From positions 35,949 through 99,948 of the forward strand of contig JAAXUC010000001.1 in assembly GCA_013336225.1 (NCBI GenBank): DNA of 64,000 bases. Reading direction: 5' to 3'. The notes under the pieces were generated by a model. The model did not search any database. It had not been told where the DNA came from and worked only from the letters and a program-made list of their open reading frames with translations. Numbering within the stretch: the stretch's first letter is position 1; each line of letters opens with the position of its first letter. The position numbers and the translations under genes are program-made. This document shows, piece by piece, positions 38,787 to 48,281 of this stretch. This DNA is from Candidatus Moraniibacteriota bacterium (GTDB lineage: Bacteria > Patescibacteriota > Minisyncoccia > Moranbacterales > GWC2-37-73).

Positions 38787-41420
38787 TTATGATAATGTGG
38801 CCAGATGTTTTTTGAGCTCAATAAGCTCTGCTTGTTTTTTTGCTAGTGTTTCTTTTTGCTGACTGATGACTTGCGCGGGAGCCTTGGAAACAAAAGTTTC
38901 ATTTGAAAGTCTCTCTGTCAAACCTGAAACAAATTTTTCAATGTTCTCAATTTCCTTGGTGATCTTTTCTTTCTCTTTGTCTGTGTCGATGGCATTGGCC
39001 AAATGAATGTGAAGATCAATTTCTCCCAAAGTCCTTTTAACTGAACTTTCTAATTCTGCTCCAGCTTCATTGTATTTAATTGTTTCAATACCAGTCTTGA
39101 GTCGCTTGATGAGGTCTTCTTGAAAAGCTGATTTGAGCGCATCAAGCAGGCTTACATTTTCGCAGTTCAGGCAGATGGTGATTTTTTTCCCAAGCTCGAT
39201 TTTGTTTTCGGTGCGGACATTTCTGACCGTGGTAATGATATTTTGAATCATTTCAAAATTATTTTTTCCAATTTCTAATGTTGAAAGATTGGAAATTTTT
39301 GGCCAGGCAGAAATGATGAGCATTTTTTCAATCTGGGCCAATTCCCAAATATGTTCAGTGATAAAAGGCATAAATGGGTGCCAGAGGCGCAGGATTTTAT
39401 CTAAGACATAACCAAGCACTGCTTGATTTTTTTCAAGCTTGTTTGTTTCTACATACCAATCGGCAAAATCATTCCAAGTGAATGTCTTGAGCACATCAGC
39501 TGCCATGGCAATTTGCTTGCCGGCAAAGAGCTTGTTGATTTCAGTGATGGTTGCATCCAATTTAGAAATAATCCAAGCATCAGCTGGAGTTTTCACGTCT
39601 TCGTTTTCGATATTTTCGACCAATTTGAAATTTTCTTGGCTCAGGCAAAAACGTGAAATGTTCCAAAGCTTGTTGGCAAAATTTCGAAAGGTTTCAATTT
39701 TTTCTTCATACAATCGAGAATCTTGCCCAGGAGCAGAGTCCATAATGAGGCTCATGCGCAAGGCGTCAGCTCCAAACTTATCAATCATTAAAAGCGGATC
39801 GATTCCATTTCCTCGCGATTTGGAAAATTTATGACCTTCCTTATCCAAACCAAGTCCAGTGAAGAATAAATTTTTGAAAGGAGCTTCTCCAGTCTTATAG
39901 ATCCCTAACATTATCATGCGCGCTGCCCAGAAAAAAAGCAGATCACGACCCATGATCATCATGTCAGTGGGATAAAAGTCTTCATAATCATTTCCATGCG
40001 CCTTGAGTGTCGTATATGGCCATTGATTCGAAGTGAACCAGGTGTCAAAAGTGTTTTCATCCTGCGTTAATTTTGTGCCATTGCAATGAGGACACGCTTT
40101 GGGTTTTTCCAGTGAGACAATATATTTTTCTACTCCACAAGTTTCGCAATACCAAACAGGGAATTGTGGACCCCACCAAATTTGACGGCTGATGCACCAG
40201 TCGCGCATATTGTCGAACCAATCGATGAGAACTTTTTGAAAATTATTAGGAAAAATTTCAATCTGTGCATTTTCAACAACTTTCCTTGCTTCATTTTTCA
40301 ATGAATATGTTTTGGCATCAACATTGATGAACCATTGGCTGGAAGTCAAAGGTTCGAGGATGGTTTTGCAACGCTCACAAATGGAAACGGCATGCGAAAG
40401 TTCTTCAATTTTTTCCAAGAGATGCAATTTTTCCAAATCTTTCAAAACTGCTTCGCGTGCTTCATGCACGGTAAGTCCTGCATATTTACCGCCAAATTCA
40501 GTGATCAATGCTTTTTCATCGATGATTTGAATTTCTGTCAAATTATGGTCTTTGCCAATTTCCCAATCGAGTGGATCATGCGCCGGAGTGATTTTCACTG
40601 CGCCAGTTCCAAAAGACAAATCAATGCGTTGGTCGGCAATGACGGGGATGATGGTGTTTTGCAAAGGCAAGATGATGTTCTTGCCAACCAATTTTGCATA
40701 GCGCTTGTCTTTAGGATTGACTGCCACGGCTGTGTCTCCCAGCATTGTTTCAGGCCTCGTGGTGGCAACAGTGATGAATTCTTCAGAATTTTCCAGCGGA
40801 TATTTGATGAAATATAATTTTCCAGGAGTGTCTTTGTGATGCACTTCCACATCTGAAAGGGCGGTGGCGCAGCGCGGACACCAATTAATGATTCTTTTGC
40901 CTTTATAAATCAAGCCGTCTTCATGCATTTTTACAAAGGTTTCAAGTGCAGTTTTCAGCACATCGGGGTCAAGCGTGAATTTTTCGCGTGACCAATCAGC
41001 AGAAATTCCAATCTTTTTTTCTTGACTGCGCATGTAGTTGGCGCGGTCAAGGCAGAAGGCGTAAGTTTTTTTGTAGAATTCTCCACGTCCAACTTCTTGG
41101 CGAGAGAGTCCCTCTTCGGCTTGCAATTTTTTTTCAAAAACCACCTGGGTTTGAATGCCGGCATGATCTTTGCCAGGCAAAAGCAAGGTCTTTTTGCCAT
41201 TCATGCGGGCGTAACGTCCAAAAATGTCCATAATGGTATATCCGCTGGCATGACCGATGTGCAGTTCTCCATTGGCGTTTGGCGGTGGAAGTACATTGCA
41301 ATGTGTGCCAACTGTATTTTGCAAATTGTCAGGATTAAAACACCCGCTTTTTTCCCAACGTGCATAAATCTCATCCTCAACTTTTTGCGGTTCATATATT
41401 TTTGGAAGTTCTTTGTTCAT
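38787..41420 (-). CDS. valS: Valine--tRNA ligase
   Basis: PPPN..G.LHIGH, DHAGIQTQ, ATTRPET, DWCISRQIWWG, KFSKS, C-terminal coiled coil. Confidence 0.96.
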   Translation of the reverse strand: MNKELPKIYEPQKVEDEIYARWEKSGCFNPDNLQNTVGTHCNVLPPPNANGELHIGHASGYTIMDIFGRYARMNGKKTLLLPGKDHAGIQTQVVFEKKLQAEEGLSRQEVGRGEFYKKTYAFCLDRANYMRSQEKKIGISADWSREKFTLDPDVLKTALETFVKMHEDGLIYKGKRIINWCPRCATALSDVEVHHKDTPGKLYFIKYPLENSEEFITVATTRPETMLGDTAVAVNPKDKRYAKLVGKNIILPLQNTIIPVIADQRIDLSFGTGAVKITPAHDPLDWEIGKDHNLTEIQIIDEKALITEFGGKYAGLTVHEAREAVLKDLEKLHLLEKIEELSHAVSICERCKTILEPLTSSQWFINVDAKTYSLKNEARKVVENAQIEIFPNNFQKVLIDWFDNMRDWCISRQIWWGPQFPVWYCETCGVEKYIVSLEKPKACPHCNGTKLTQDENTFDTWFTSNQWPYTTLKAHGNDYEDFYPTDMMIMGRDLLFFWAARMIMLGIYKTGEAPFKNLFFTGLGLDKEGHKFSKSRGNGIDPLLMIDKFGADALRMSLIMDSAPGQDSRLYEEKIETFRNFANKLWNISRFCLSQENFKLVENIENEDVKTPADAWIISKLDATITEINKLFAGKQIAMAADVLKTFTWNDFADWYVETNKLEKNQAVLGYVLDKILRLWHPFMPFITEHIWELAQIEKMLIISAWPKISNLSTLEIGKNNFEMIQNIITTVRNVRTENKIELGKKITICLNCENVSLLDALKSAFQEDLIKRLKTGIETIKYNEAGAELESSVKRTLGEIDLHIHLANAIDTDKEKEKITKEIENIEKFVSGLTERLSNETFVSKAPAQVISQQKETLAKKQAELIELKKHLATLS

Positions 41421-41535
41421 GTGTGATGCTAATCTGCGAATAAACGCTAATCAACGAATTGCGAATAATGCTTCAATATTTGTAATTATAGTCTTATCGT
41501 AGCAAATAAAAGGATATTTTTCAAGGAAAGGCAAG

Positions 41536-41566
41536 AAAAAAAGGAGTTGCGGCGCAACTCCTTTTT
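41536..41566 (-). terminator. Intrinsic terminator
   Basis: AAAAAGGAGTTGC-GGC-GCAACTCCTTTTT. Confidence 0.75.
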
Positions 41567-41574
41567 AATGGTTG

Positions 41575-41934
41575 TCATTTCAATTCCTCGAGCATTGCAT
41601 ATTGAACATCGGGCCAAAGAACATCAGATGATGCTTTTGTGAGCAATGTCTTGAATTTGGTGAGTTCATCGCCAGAGAGTGTTTCTTTGATAAATTGGAC
41701 AAACAACATTCTTGGTTGCATGCTGTCATTTTCATTGAAAACGGTTTCCAATCCACTCAAAAACTTATCAATCCTTTCTTCCGCGATATTTTTTTTCAGA
41801 TCCTCTTCGCATTTTGCCAGGCGCAACTTTAATTCAGGATCAACATTTGTCTTGGTGGCAATCTGCGTGTGATAAAGATCATCAGCAAGTTGTTTAACGT
41901 CGATATCCAATTCAACAAAATCAGTTTCTTTCAT
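41575..41934 (-). CDS. Hypothetical helical protein
   Basis: AAGGAGG SD, own terminator. Confidence 0.65.
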   Translation of the reverse strand: MKETDFVELDIDVKQLADDLYHTQIATKTNVDPELKLRLAKCEEDLKKNIAEERIDKFLSGLETVFNENDSMQPRMLFVQFIKETLSGDELTKFKTLLTKASSDVLWPDVQYAMLEELK

Positions 41935-41995
41935 GGTAACCTCCTTTATTTTTTAAGCTGCTAGGATATTTGGCTGATTGTATTGTTGCACAGAG

Positions 41996-43228
41996 TTACT
42001 TCATTTTCAAATTTGCATGCGGTTGCATGGTTTTCCAAGCAGAAATTGATTTTTTTCTTTGCGCGTCTGACATTTTGTTCCAGCGAAAAGCAGCGGCAGC
42101 TGCAATCATGGCAGCATTGTCACCAGTCAAGGATAAGGCTGGGATAATATATGAAACTTCGGACAGATTTTTTTTAATAGCTTCGCCAAGTTGCGCGCGC
42201 AATTCTTTATTGGCACTGACGCCACCAGCCAGCAAAATTGTTTTTGGTTGGTGGGCTTCAGCTGCTTTGATGGTTTTTGCGACAAGCACATCCACAGTTG
42301 CTTGTTGAAATTCATGGCAGATTTCTGTAAGATATTTCTTATCTTTTAAAAGTTCTGGATGTTTTTTGGTTTCATATAGTACCGCAGTCTTGAGTCCGGA
42401 AAAAGAAAAATCATAATTTTTTTTGTTGAGCATTGGGCGTGGAAATTGTATTCCATATTTCGTATCTTGCATCCTATATGAGCCGTTTTGATTTCTGGTT
42501 TTTTCTTTTTGACATTTGTCATTTGGATCTTGAAATTTCTCAGCCATAGCTGAGACGACAGGTCCGCCCGGATAGCCAATTCCTAAAATGCGAGCGACTT
42601 TGTCAAAAGCCTCGCCAACTGCATCGTCCAAGGTTTGTCCGATGATTTCATATTGCAGATGATCTTTCATGAGAACGAGTTGGGTGTGACCACCAGACAC
42701 CACCAAGCATAAAATTGGGAATTTTATGCTTGGTGAATTTTGAATTTTGAATTTTGAATTTTGAACGATGGAAGATTCTTTTTTATTTGTAATTTCTGTA
42801 TTTCGAATTTGTTTGGAATTTAGAATTTGAGATTTAGGATTTACGCTAATGAAATTGGCGTAAATGTGCCCCTCAATATGATGAATTCCCAAAAGTGGCT
42901 TTTCCCAGAGATAGGAGAGGGTTTTGGCATAGCTAACCCCCACTAGCAGCGCTGGGATGAGCCCTGGGCCTTGAGTCACTGCAATGACATCAATGTGCTC
43001 TGGCGAAACTCCGGCCTCTCTCAGGGCAAAATCAAGCAAATGGTCGATATTTTTCACGTGCTCACGAGCGGCCAAGTTTGGCACAACTCCACCCCATTTG
43101 GCATGCAGTTTTATTTGCGAAGAAACCTCGCTGGCTAAAATTGCAAGTCCTTGAGCCGATGATTTCAAAATTGAAATTGCGGTGTCGTCGCAAGAAGTTT
43201 CAATGGAAAGTATTAGATTATTTGACAT
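41996..43228 (-). CDS. tsaD: tRNA t6A37 threonylcarbamoyltransferase TsaD
   Basis: IETSCDDT, GGVVP.LAAREH, HHIEGH, VSGGHT, DDAVGEAFDK, FSFSGLKT, DNAAMI; two repeat-derived insertions. Confidence 0.97.
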   Translation of the reverse strand: MSNNLILSIETSCDDTAISILKSSAQGLAILASEVSSQIKLHAKWGGVVPNLAAREHVKNIDHLLDFALREAGVSPEHIDVIAVTQGPGLIPALLVGVSYAKTLSYLWEKPLLGIHHIEGHIYANFISVNPKSQILNSKQIRNTEITNKKESSIVQNSKFKIQNSPSIKFPILCLVVSGGHTQLVLMKDHLQYEIIGQTLDDAVGEAFDKVARILGIGYPGGPVVSAMAEKFQDPNDKCQKEKTRNQNGSYRMQDTKYGIQFPRPMLNKKNYDFSFSGLKTAVLYETKKHPELLKDKKYLTEICHEFQQATVDVLVAKTIKAAEAHQPKTILLAGGVSANKELRAQLGEAIKKNLSEVSYIIPALSLTGDNAAMIAAAAAFRWNKMSDAQRKKSISAWKTMQPHANLKMK

Positions 43229-43326
43229 ATTTATGCTATTATTGTAATATACGACTTCAATAAGGATGTTTCAGCGTAATAGTTTTCTGATGTTTTGGGC
43301 ATGTAATCGTTAAACGATTCTACCAT

Positions 43327-44094
43327 ATGCAAGCGAAAATGAAAAGCCTGACAATCAAACCATCTTCTCGCAAAATTTTGCGAACTTCTGGTGTTAAACC
43401 TGGTCTCTTTAGGCGAAAAACTGATTTGCCATTCAGCATGTCGCAGCAGCTCATTTTGTCCCGAGAATTTTTTCTTGGAAATCATAACGATTCCTTGTAT
43501 CGCAGGAGCAGCGATTTGGATCGTGTTAAAAGTTTGAGCGACAATGAGCTCATTGTGGTTATCTGCACACAAAACAGGGAGGCATATAAAGAATTATTTT
43601 TGCGCTATCAGAAAAAACTTTTCACCTATATCTATCACCTGGTTGGAAACAGGGAAGAAACTGAGGACATCTTGCAAAATGTTTTTTCCAAGACATATAA
43701 AAGCATTAAGCACTTTGACACCTCACGAAAATTTTCTTCTTGGATCTATCGCATCGCGCACAATGAATCCGTGAATTATCTGAAACGTAAAAGCAAGCGC
43801 TACACTGTTTCCTGGGACGACATCACCACTAGTAAAGACAAATTAGACAGCGCTTCAAATGAGGAACTGCCAGAAGACCGAATGGGACATCAAGAAATTG
43901 TGAAACAAATGGATTTGGCCATGCTAAAAATTCCGCCAAAATATCAAGAAGTTTTGCGCTTGCGCTATTTCAATGAATATTCCTACGAAGAAATGGGAAA
44001 AATCTTGGGAAAACCCCTTAACACCGTGGGAACACTTATTAATAGAGCCAAAAAGAAATTGCTTGAAGTGGTGGAAAAAGACGAAAAAAAATAA
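43327..44094 (+). CDS. ECF sigma factor (SigW-like)
   Basis: EDILQNVF, FSSWIYRIAHN, LRYF...SYEEM...LNTVGT.INRAK. Confidence 0.9.
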   Translation: MQAKMKSLTIKPSSRKILRTSGVKPGLFRRKTDLPFSMSQQLILSREFFLGNHNDSLYRRSSDLDRVKSLSDNELIVVICTQNREAYKELFLRYQKKLFTYIYHLVGNREETEDILQNVFSKTYKSIKHFDTSRKFSSWIYRIAHNESVNYLKRKSKRYTVSWDDITTSKDKLDSASNEELPEDRMGHQEIVKQMDLAMLKIPPKYQEVLRLRYFNEYSYEEMGKILGKPLNTVGTLINRAKKKLLEVVEKDEKK

Positions 44095-44431
44095 AAAATC
44101 CATATGATGCGGATGTTGCAATCTTTGTGGTGATGATGGGATTGCCAAAACATTGTCCAGAAATTGTTGATCAATTAAAGACTGGAGCATTTAAGACTGG
44201 GGCTGAAATTGATGATGTTCTGTTTGCTGGAAGCATATATCTGAGAAACCTTATTTTTGAAGAATTAGGTTTTAGTCTTAATGATTTGGATAAGAAAAAA
44301 ATGGAAACCAAGAAATGATACTTGTTTACAGAAAGAATAAGAAAAGAGCCTTTGGTGATTTCTCCAAAGGCTCTGATTTTATAATGATTGAGATGTCTTT
44401 TTAGACGGTTCTTGTTTCATCTCCTGTGTTT

Positions 44432-44698
44432 TCATCTGAATATGTAGTGAGTGAAAAAATCCTGCATGAAAGTCTGCTTGTTTACGAAATACCATGTTAC
44501 CCACATTATTGCACTTGCAGTGATGAAGCAAGCAACAAACAGCATGGCAATCAAATGTTCTATCTCTCTTGCGTTTGCCATCATTAATGTGCCAGCGATA
44601 ATGAAAATGACTGTCAGCATGACCAAAATCGTCGTTTGAAGGAAATATCCGAATACAAATCCGAGTACTATGAGAACTGGCCAGATAATTACTTCCAT
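44432..44698 (-). CDS. Small membrane protein
   Basis: Three hydrophobic segments, SD-like AAGGA. Confidence 0.6.
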   Translation of the reverse strand: MEVIIWPVLIVLGFVFGYFLQTTILVMLTVIFIIAGTLMMANAREIEHLIAMLFVACFITASAIMWVTWYFVNKQTFMQDFFTHYIFR

Positions 44699-44728
44699 AC
44701 TCTTATCCTTTCTTGGGTGTGATGTTTT

Positions 44729-45076
44729 TTACAATGAAGCCATGCAGATTGCAGAGAAAAACTCTTTGAGAAATTCCTTTTTGATATACACCCAGATCAT
44801 TCCCATGCGGTTCGTGAGTTGAATACTGATGTAGCCGTTTTTCGTGAACAGGGTGCTACGAAGTTGATCATGAATGATAATGCCAATATCGGTCGAAAAT
44901 TTCTCCAGCATTTCATTTACTCTTCCGTACGAAACCCTCTGAAGCACAAACGGAACGGACACATCATTTACAACCAACTCTCCTGATTTCATGGTACTTG
45001 TCAGTTTATTGCCATCTTTGAGATTTTTGATACAAAAACTGTCTCCCCGTGGTTGACTTTGAATTTGCAGTTTCAT
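44729..45076 (-). CDS. Hypothetical protein
   Basis: AAGGAG SD; promoter TTGACT-N17-TAATAT at 45163-45135. Confidence 0.6.
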   Translation of the reverse strand: MKLQIQSQPRGDSFCIKNLKDGNKLTSTMKSGELVVNDVSVPFVLQRVSYGRVNEMLEKFSTDIGIIIHDQLRSTLFTKNGYISIQLTNRMGMIWVYIKKEFLKEFFSAICMASL

Positions 45077-45177
45077 TTGCGTGCTCCTTTTTAGCTTAAA
45101 ATAGCTGCTGATTTGAATTGTTAAACAACGTGAAATATTAGCATACTTTGCCTAATTAGTCAATGTTTTTATAGAGT

Positions 45178-45371
45178 GTGGCGCCAAGGAGAATTTGCGC
45201 GTCGTTTTCTGCTAAAAACTCCTTGTCCGCGGCAGCGCTAAATGCTCGCTCGCTCTCATTTATCGGCGTTCGATTATTCGCCTTCGCTCATATCTCACTG
45301 CTGCCGAGTCCGATTCTCATGGCGCTAGACAAATTTAAAAGCCATCATTACTGATGACTTTTAAAAATTTG
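45178..45371 (-). other. tRNA-3'-mirror element at tRNA-Glu(TTC)
   Basis: Inverted copy 45306-45327, core 45195-45305, direct copy 45178-45194. Confidence 0.85.
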
Positions 45372-45443
45372 TAGCGCCAAGGAGAATCGGACTCCTGTTA
45401 CCAGGATGAAAACCTGGTGTCCTAACCACTAGACGATGGCGCC
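45372..45443 (-). tRNA. tRNA-Glu(TTC)
   Basis: GGCGCCA/TGGCGCT acceptor, CCAGG-TTTTCAT-CCTGG; T-loop TCCGATT. Confidence 0.95.
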
Positions 45444-45602
45444 ATTAGAAATAGCTTCTAGGCTTTAGCTTCTTAGCTTTTTAGAAAAAACGCTAGGAAA
45501 TGCTATAAAACGGTAACAAGAGATAGTTTAGCATAAATAAAAAATAAATCAAGGGGGTGCGCTTCCTTGAATAATTTGCCTCTTAGGCATACAATTGGGT
45601 AT

Positions 45603-46193
45603 ATGGAACAAACAGGGCAACATATTTTTGAATTCTTGAGGCACTATGGCTATTGGGCGATGCTACCCTTAATGATTATTGAGGGTCCAATTGCAACCAT
45701 TATTGCGGCGATGTTAGCATCGCTGGGTGCTTTTGCTTGGCCGATGGTGCTATTTTTTTCAATCCTGGGAGATATTTTGGGAGACGTTCTTTTGTATGGT
45801 GCAGGATATAGATGGGGGATGGGATTTGTGCATGGTGTTGGAAAATACATGGGAATCACGGAAGCCCTGGTTTTGAAAATGGAAAAATATTTTGAAAAAC
45901 ACGGCGGCAAGACCATTTTTGCGGTGAAATCAACCACTGGACTTTGTTGGACAACTTTTGCAGCGGCCGGAATTGTGAAAATGGATTTCAAGAAATTTTT
46001 GAAATATTCACTTTTGGGCGGAGTTGTTTGGAGTGGATTTTTGGTGGCGATGGGATATTTCTATGGATTTCTTTGGAAAGAAATGAAGCAATATATCAGC
46101 TGGGTTGGCTGGATCATCTTTGTGGTTGCTGCAATTTCTTTTGTGATAATCACCCTGTATAAAAAGAAACAATCTGAGAAATTTGTTGAATAA
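45603..46193 (+). CDS. DedA family membrane protein
   Basis: IEGP, GDILGD..LY..G, F.KHGGKTIF, AG..KM.FKKF. Confidence 0.88.
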   Translation: MEQTGQHIFEFLRHYGYWAMLPLMIIEGPIATIIAAMLASLGAFAWPMVLFFSILGDILGDVLLYGAGYRWGMGFVHGVGKYMGITEALVLKMEKYFEKHGGKTIFAVKSTTGLCWTTFAAAGIVKMDFKKFLKYSLLGGVVWSGFLVAMGYFYGFLWKEMKQYISWVGWIIFVVAAISFVIITLYKKKQSEKFVE

Positions 46194-46260
46194 AAATATT
46201 TTGCCAAAGAAAAAAGCCGTCCAGAATCTGGGCGGCTTTTGTTTTGTTAAACATTTGAAC

Positions 46261-47127
46261 TCATTTAATGAGATTGAAAATGAAGTTATCAATTTCTTTG
46301 GCAGTCAAATCACTGCCAAACATGGTCGTGTTGTGCCATAAGTGTGGCAATGGCACATAAATAAGGCCATCACAATCAAGTGTGCGCGTGAATAGAGAAT
46401 CTTTTTCCCCATACATGCAGCGCACTTGCTTTTCTTTTAAAATTTTCCGGAGTGTTTTTAGGCTGTGATCATTGCAAAGAATGTTGCATTCTCTTATGCG
46501 CTGACGAATTCGGTCAAATGTAAATGGAGATTTTTCTTTGGGTAGGAATTTTTTAAGCTCTTTCCACTTGGGATTCCCACTGAATTTCCTGGCATGACCA
46601 ATTCCATTTGCAAGAAATTTAAGTCCAAGCTCCAAAAAGTTTCTCTTTTGAAATCCAACTGGATCAAGCAATGTCAGGCTAGCCACAATATTTGGATTTA
46701 TTAAAGTCAATTCTGTGATTATGGAAGCGCCCATCGAATGACCAACCCAATGAATATTTTTGCCGGGAAATATCTTTTTGGCCCAATCATTGAGATAAAT
46801 GGCATCTTCCAAAAAATCAGACCATGTAAACATTGGCGGATTGTCAGAATTTCCATATCCTAGCATTGAAACCATAGTCATTTGATAACCAAGAGTTGCC
46901 AACTCATAGCCGAGAAGAGAACTGCCGGTCCAACCAGATCCAAATCCACAGACCAACACAATTACGTCAATAAAAGAAATTGGATCTTTATTATCAATGG
47001 TGCAGTAATTTATATAGCAAGTTTTTGAATTGATACTTATATCGGCATATTCACTTTTTTGTAACTGCGGCCCGATAACTTTGTGGATAAAATTGTAATC
47101 TTCTCTGGAAATCAGCTCGTGTGCCAT
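46261..47127 (-). CDS. Alpha/beta hydrolase
   Basis: GYGNSD, GHSMG nucleophile elbow, GEKD, WH. Confidence 0.82.
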   Translation of the reverse strand: MAHELISREDYNFIHKVIGPQLQKSEYADISINSKTCYINYCTIDNKDPISFIDVIVLVCGFGSGWTGSSLLGYELATLGYQMTMVSMLGYGNSDNPPMFTWSDFLEDAIYLNDWAKKIFPGKNIHWVGHSMGASIITELTLINPNIVASLTLLDPVGFQKRNFLELGLKFLANGIGHARKFSGNPKWKELKKFLPKEKSPFTFDRIRQRIRECNILCNDHSLKTLRKILKEKQVRCMYGEKDSLFTRTLDCDGLIYVPLPHLWHNTTMFGSDLTAKEIDNFIFNLIK

Positions 47128-47277
47128 GTGTAGCCTCCTTTGTTTGCGTGCAGGATTTGGAAAATAAGAAAATATTGAATTGTTAAGGAATATGAAATTA
47201 TACGGTAATAATGTGAAATGTCAAGGTTTTGGGTTGCAAAAAAGGCTAAATCGGAGTACTCTTAGACATAGAAATAT

Positions 47278-48123
47278 ATGGTACAAAGACTTGTAAAATT
47301 TGTTGGAAAAGCCGCAGGAAAGGCAAAAAGTGTTCTTTTTGCTGATCCTAGGATGCTTTATGAAGAAGAACGGCAATTTCTCAATCAGCCGTTTTTTTTC
47401 GCTGGGCAAAATGGCAAAGGAGTGCTTCTCGTGCATGGCTGGACATCGACTCCATATGAGCTGAGACGTTTGGGGAAATATTTGAATGAAAATGGTTACA
47501 CTGTCCTGGGGATTCAATTGACTGGACATGGCACGGTGCCAAAGGACATTGAAGATGTGAAGTGGTCTGTTTGGATGAATGATATTAAAAATGGCTACGC
47601 GCAGCTCAAAAAGACTTGCGACAAGGTGTATATTGGCGGCACTTCCATTGGGGCAGTTTTAACCATGATGATGGCAAAAGAAAATCCTGAAATTGCTGGC
47701 ATCATTTTGATGGCCACTCCATATAAAATAAGACAAGAAAAGCTTGTGACAACAGCAGCCAAAATCGCAATTTTATTTGGGCAAAAATATCGCAAGAAAT
47801 TCTATCCTCCAACCTTTGGTATTTCTTCAACCATCACGCGCTTGATTTCATATCAAACCTATCCAATCAAGAGCGCCTTGGAAACTTTTGACTTAATCAA
47901 GGAGACCAGGAAAAATCTGGATAAAATCATGCAACCGTGTTTGCTGATGCAATCAACACATGATCATGTGGTGGAAAAAAACAGCATGGAAAATATCTAT
48001 AATGAAATTGGTTCTGAAATCAAAAAGAAAATATATATTGAAAAAGCCTATCACACCTTCATCTCCGATATTAAAAATGAGCACATTTTCATGGATATCC
48101 TGGAATTTCTGGATGGAAATTGA
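47278..48123 (+). CDS. Carboxylesterase (alpha/beta hydrolase)
   Basis: LVHGW, GHG, GTSIG, DHVV, YH. Confidence 0.85.
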   Translation: MVQRLVKFVGKAAGKAKSVLFADPRMLYEEERQFLNQPFFFAGQNGKGVLLVHGWTSTPYELRRLGKYLNENGYTVLGIQLTGHGTVPKDIEDVKWSVWMNDIKNGYAQLKKTCDKVYIGGTSIGAVLTMMMAKENPEIAGIILMATPYKIRQEKLVTTAAKIAILFGQKYRKKFYPPTFGISSTITRLISYQTYPIKSALETFDLIKETRKNLDKIMQPCLLMQSTHDHVVEKNSMENIYNEIGSEIKKKIYIEKAYHTFISDIKNEHIFMDILEFLDGN

Positions 48124-48167
48124 GTTTTTTTATTTGAGATTATTTCGTGCTTTTATTTGTATCTACA

Positions 48168-48274
48168 AATTTTTAATTTTTAATTTATAATTTTTAATCA
48201 AATCTAAATTTCTGAATTTTTAAATTAAGACATTGAAAATTCATTTCAAATTTCGAATTTCAAATTAAAAATTT
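48168..48274. repeat. 7-bp-periodic inverted-repeat element
   Basis: AATTTTT x4, AATCAAAT, then AAATT heptamers. Confidence 0.75.
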
Positions 48275-48281
48275 TGGAAAT

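Noticed and set aside
43231..43572. Antisense ORF and other shadow ORFs in the track
   Set aside because: They overlap confident genes on the opposite strand or frame and have no motifs.
44127..44318. 63-aa ORF after the ECF sigma factor as an anti-sigma
   Set aside because: No TM helix or HxxxCxxC motif and an uncertain start; not supportable.
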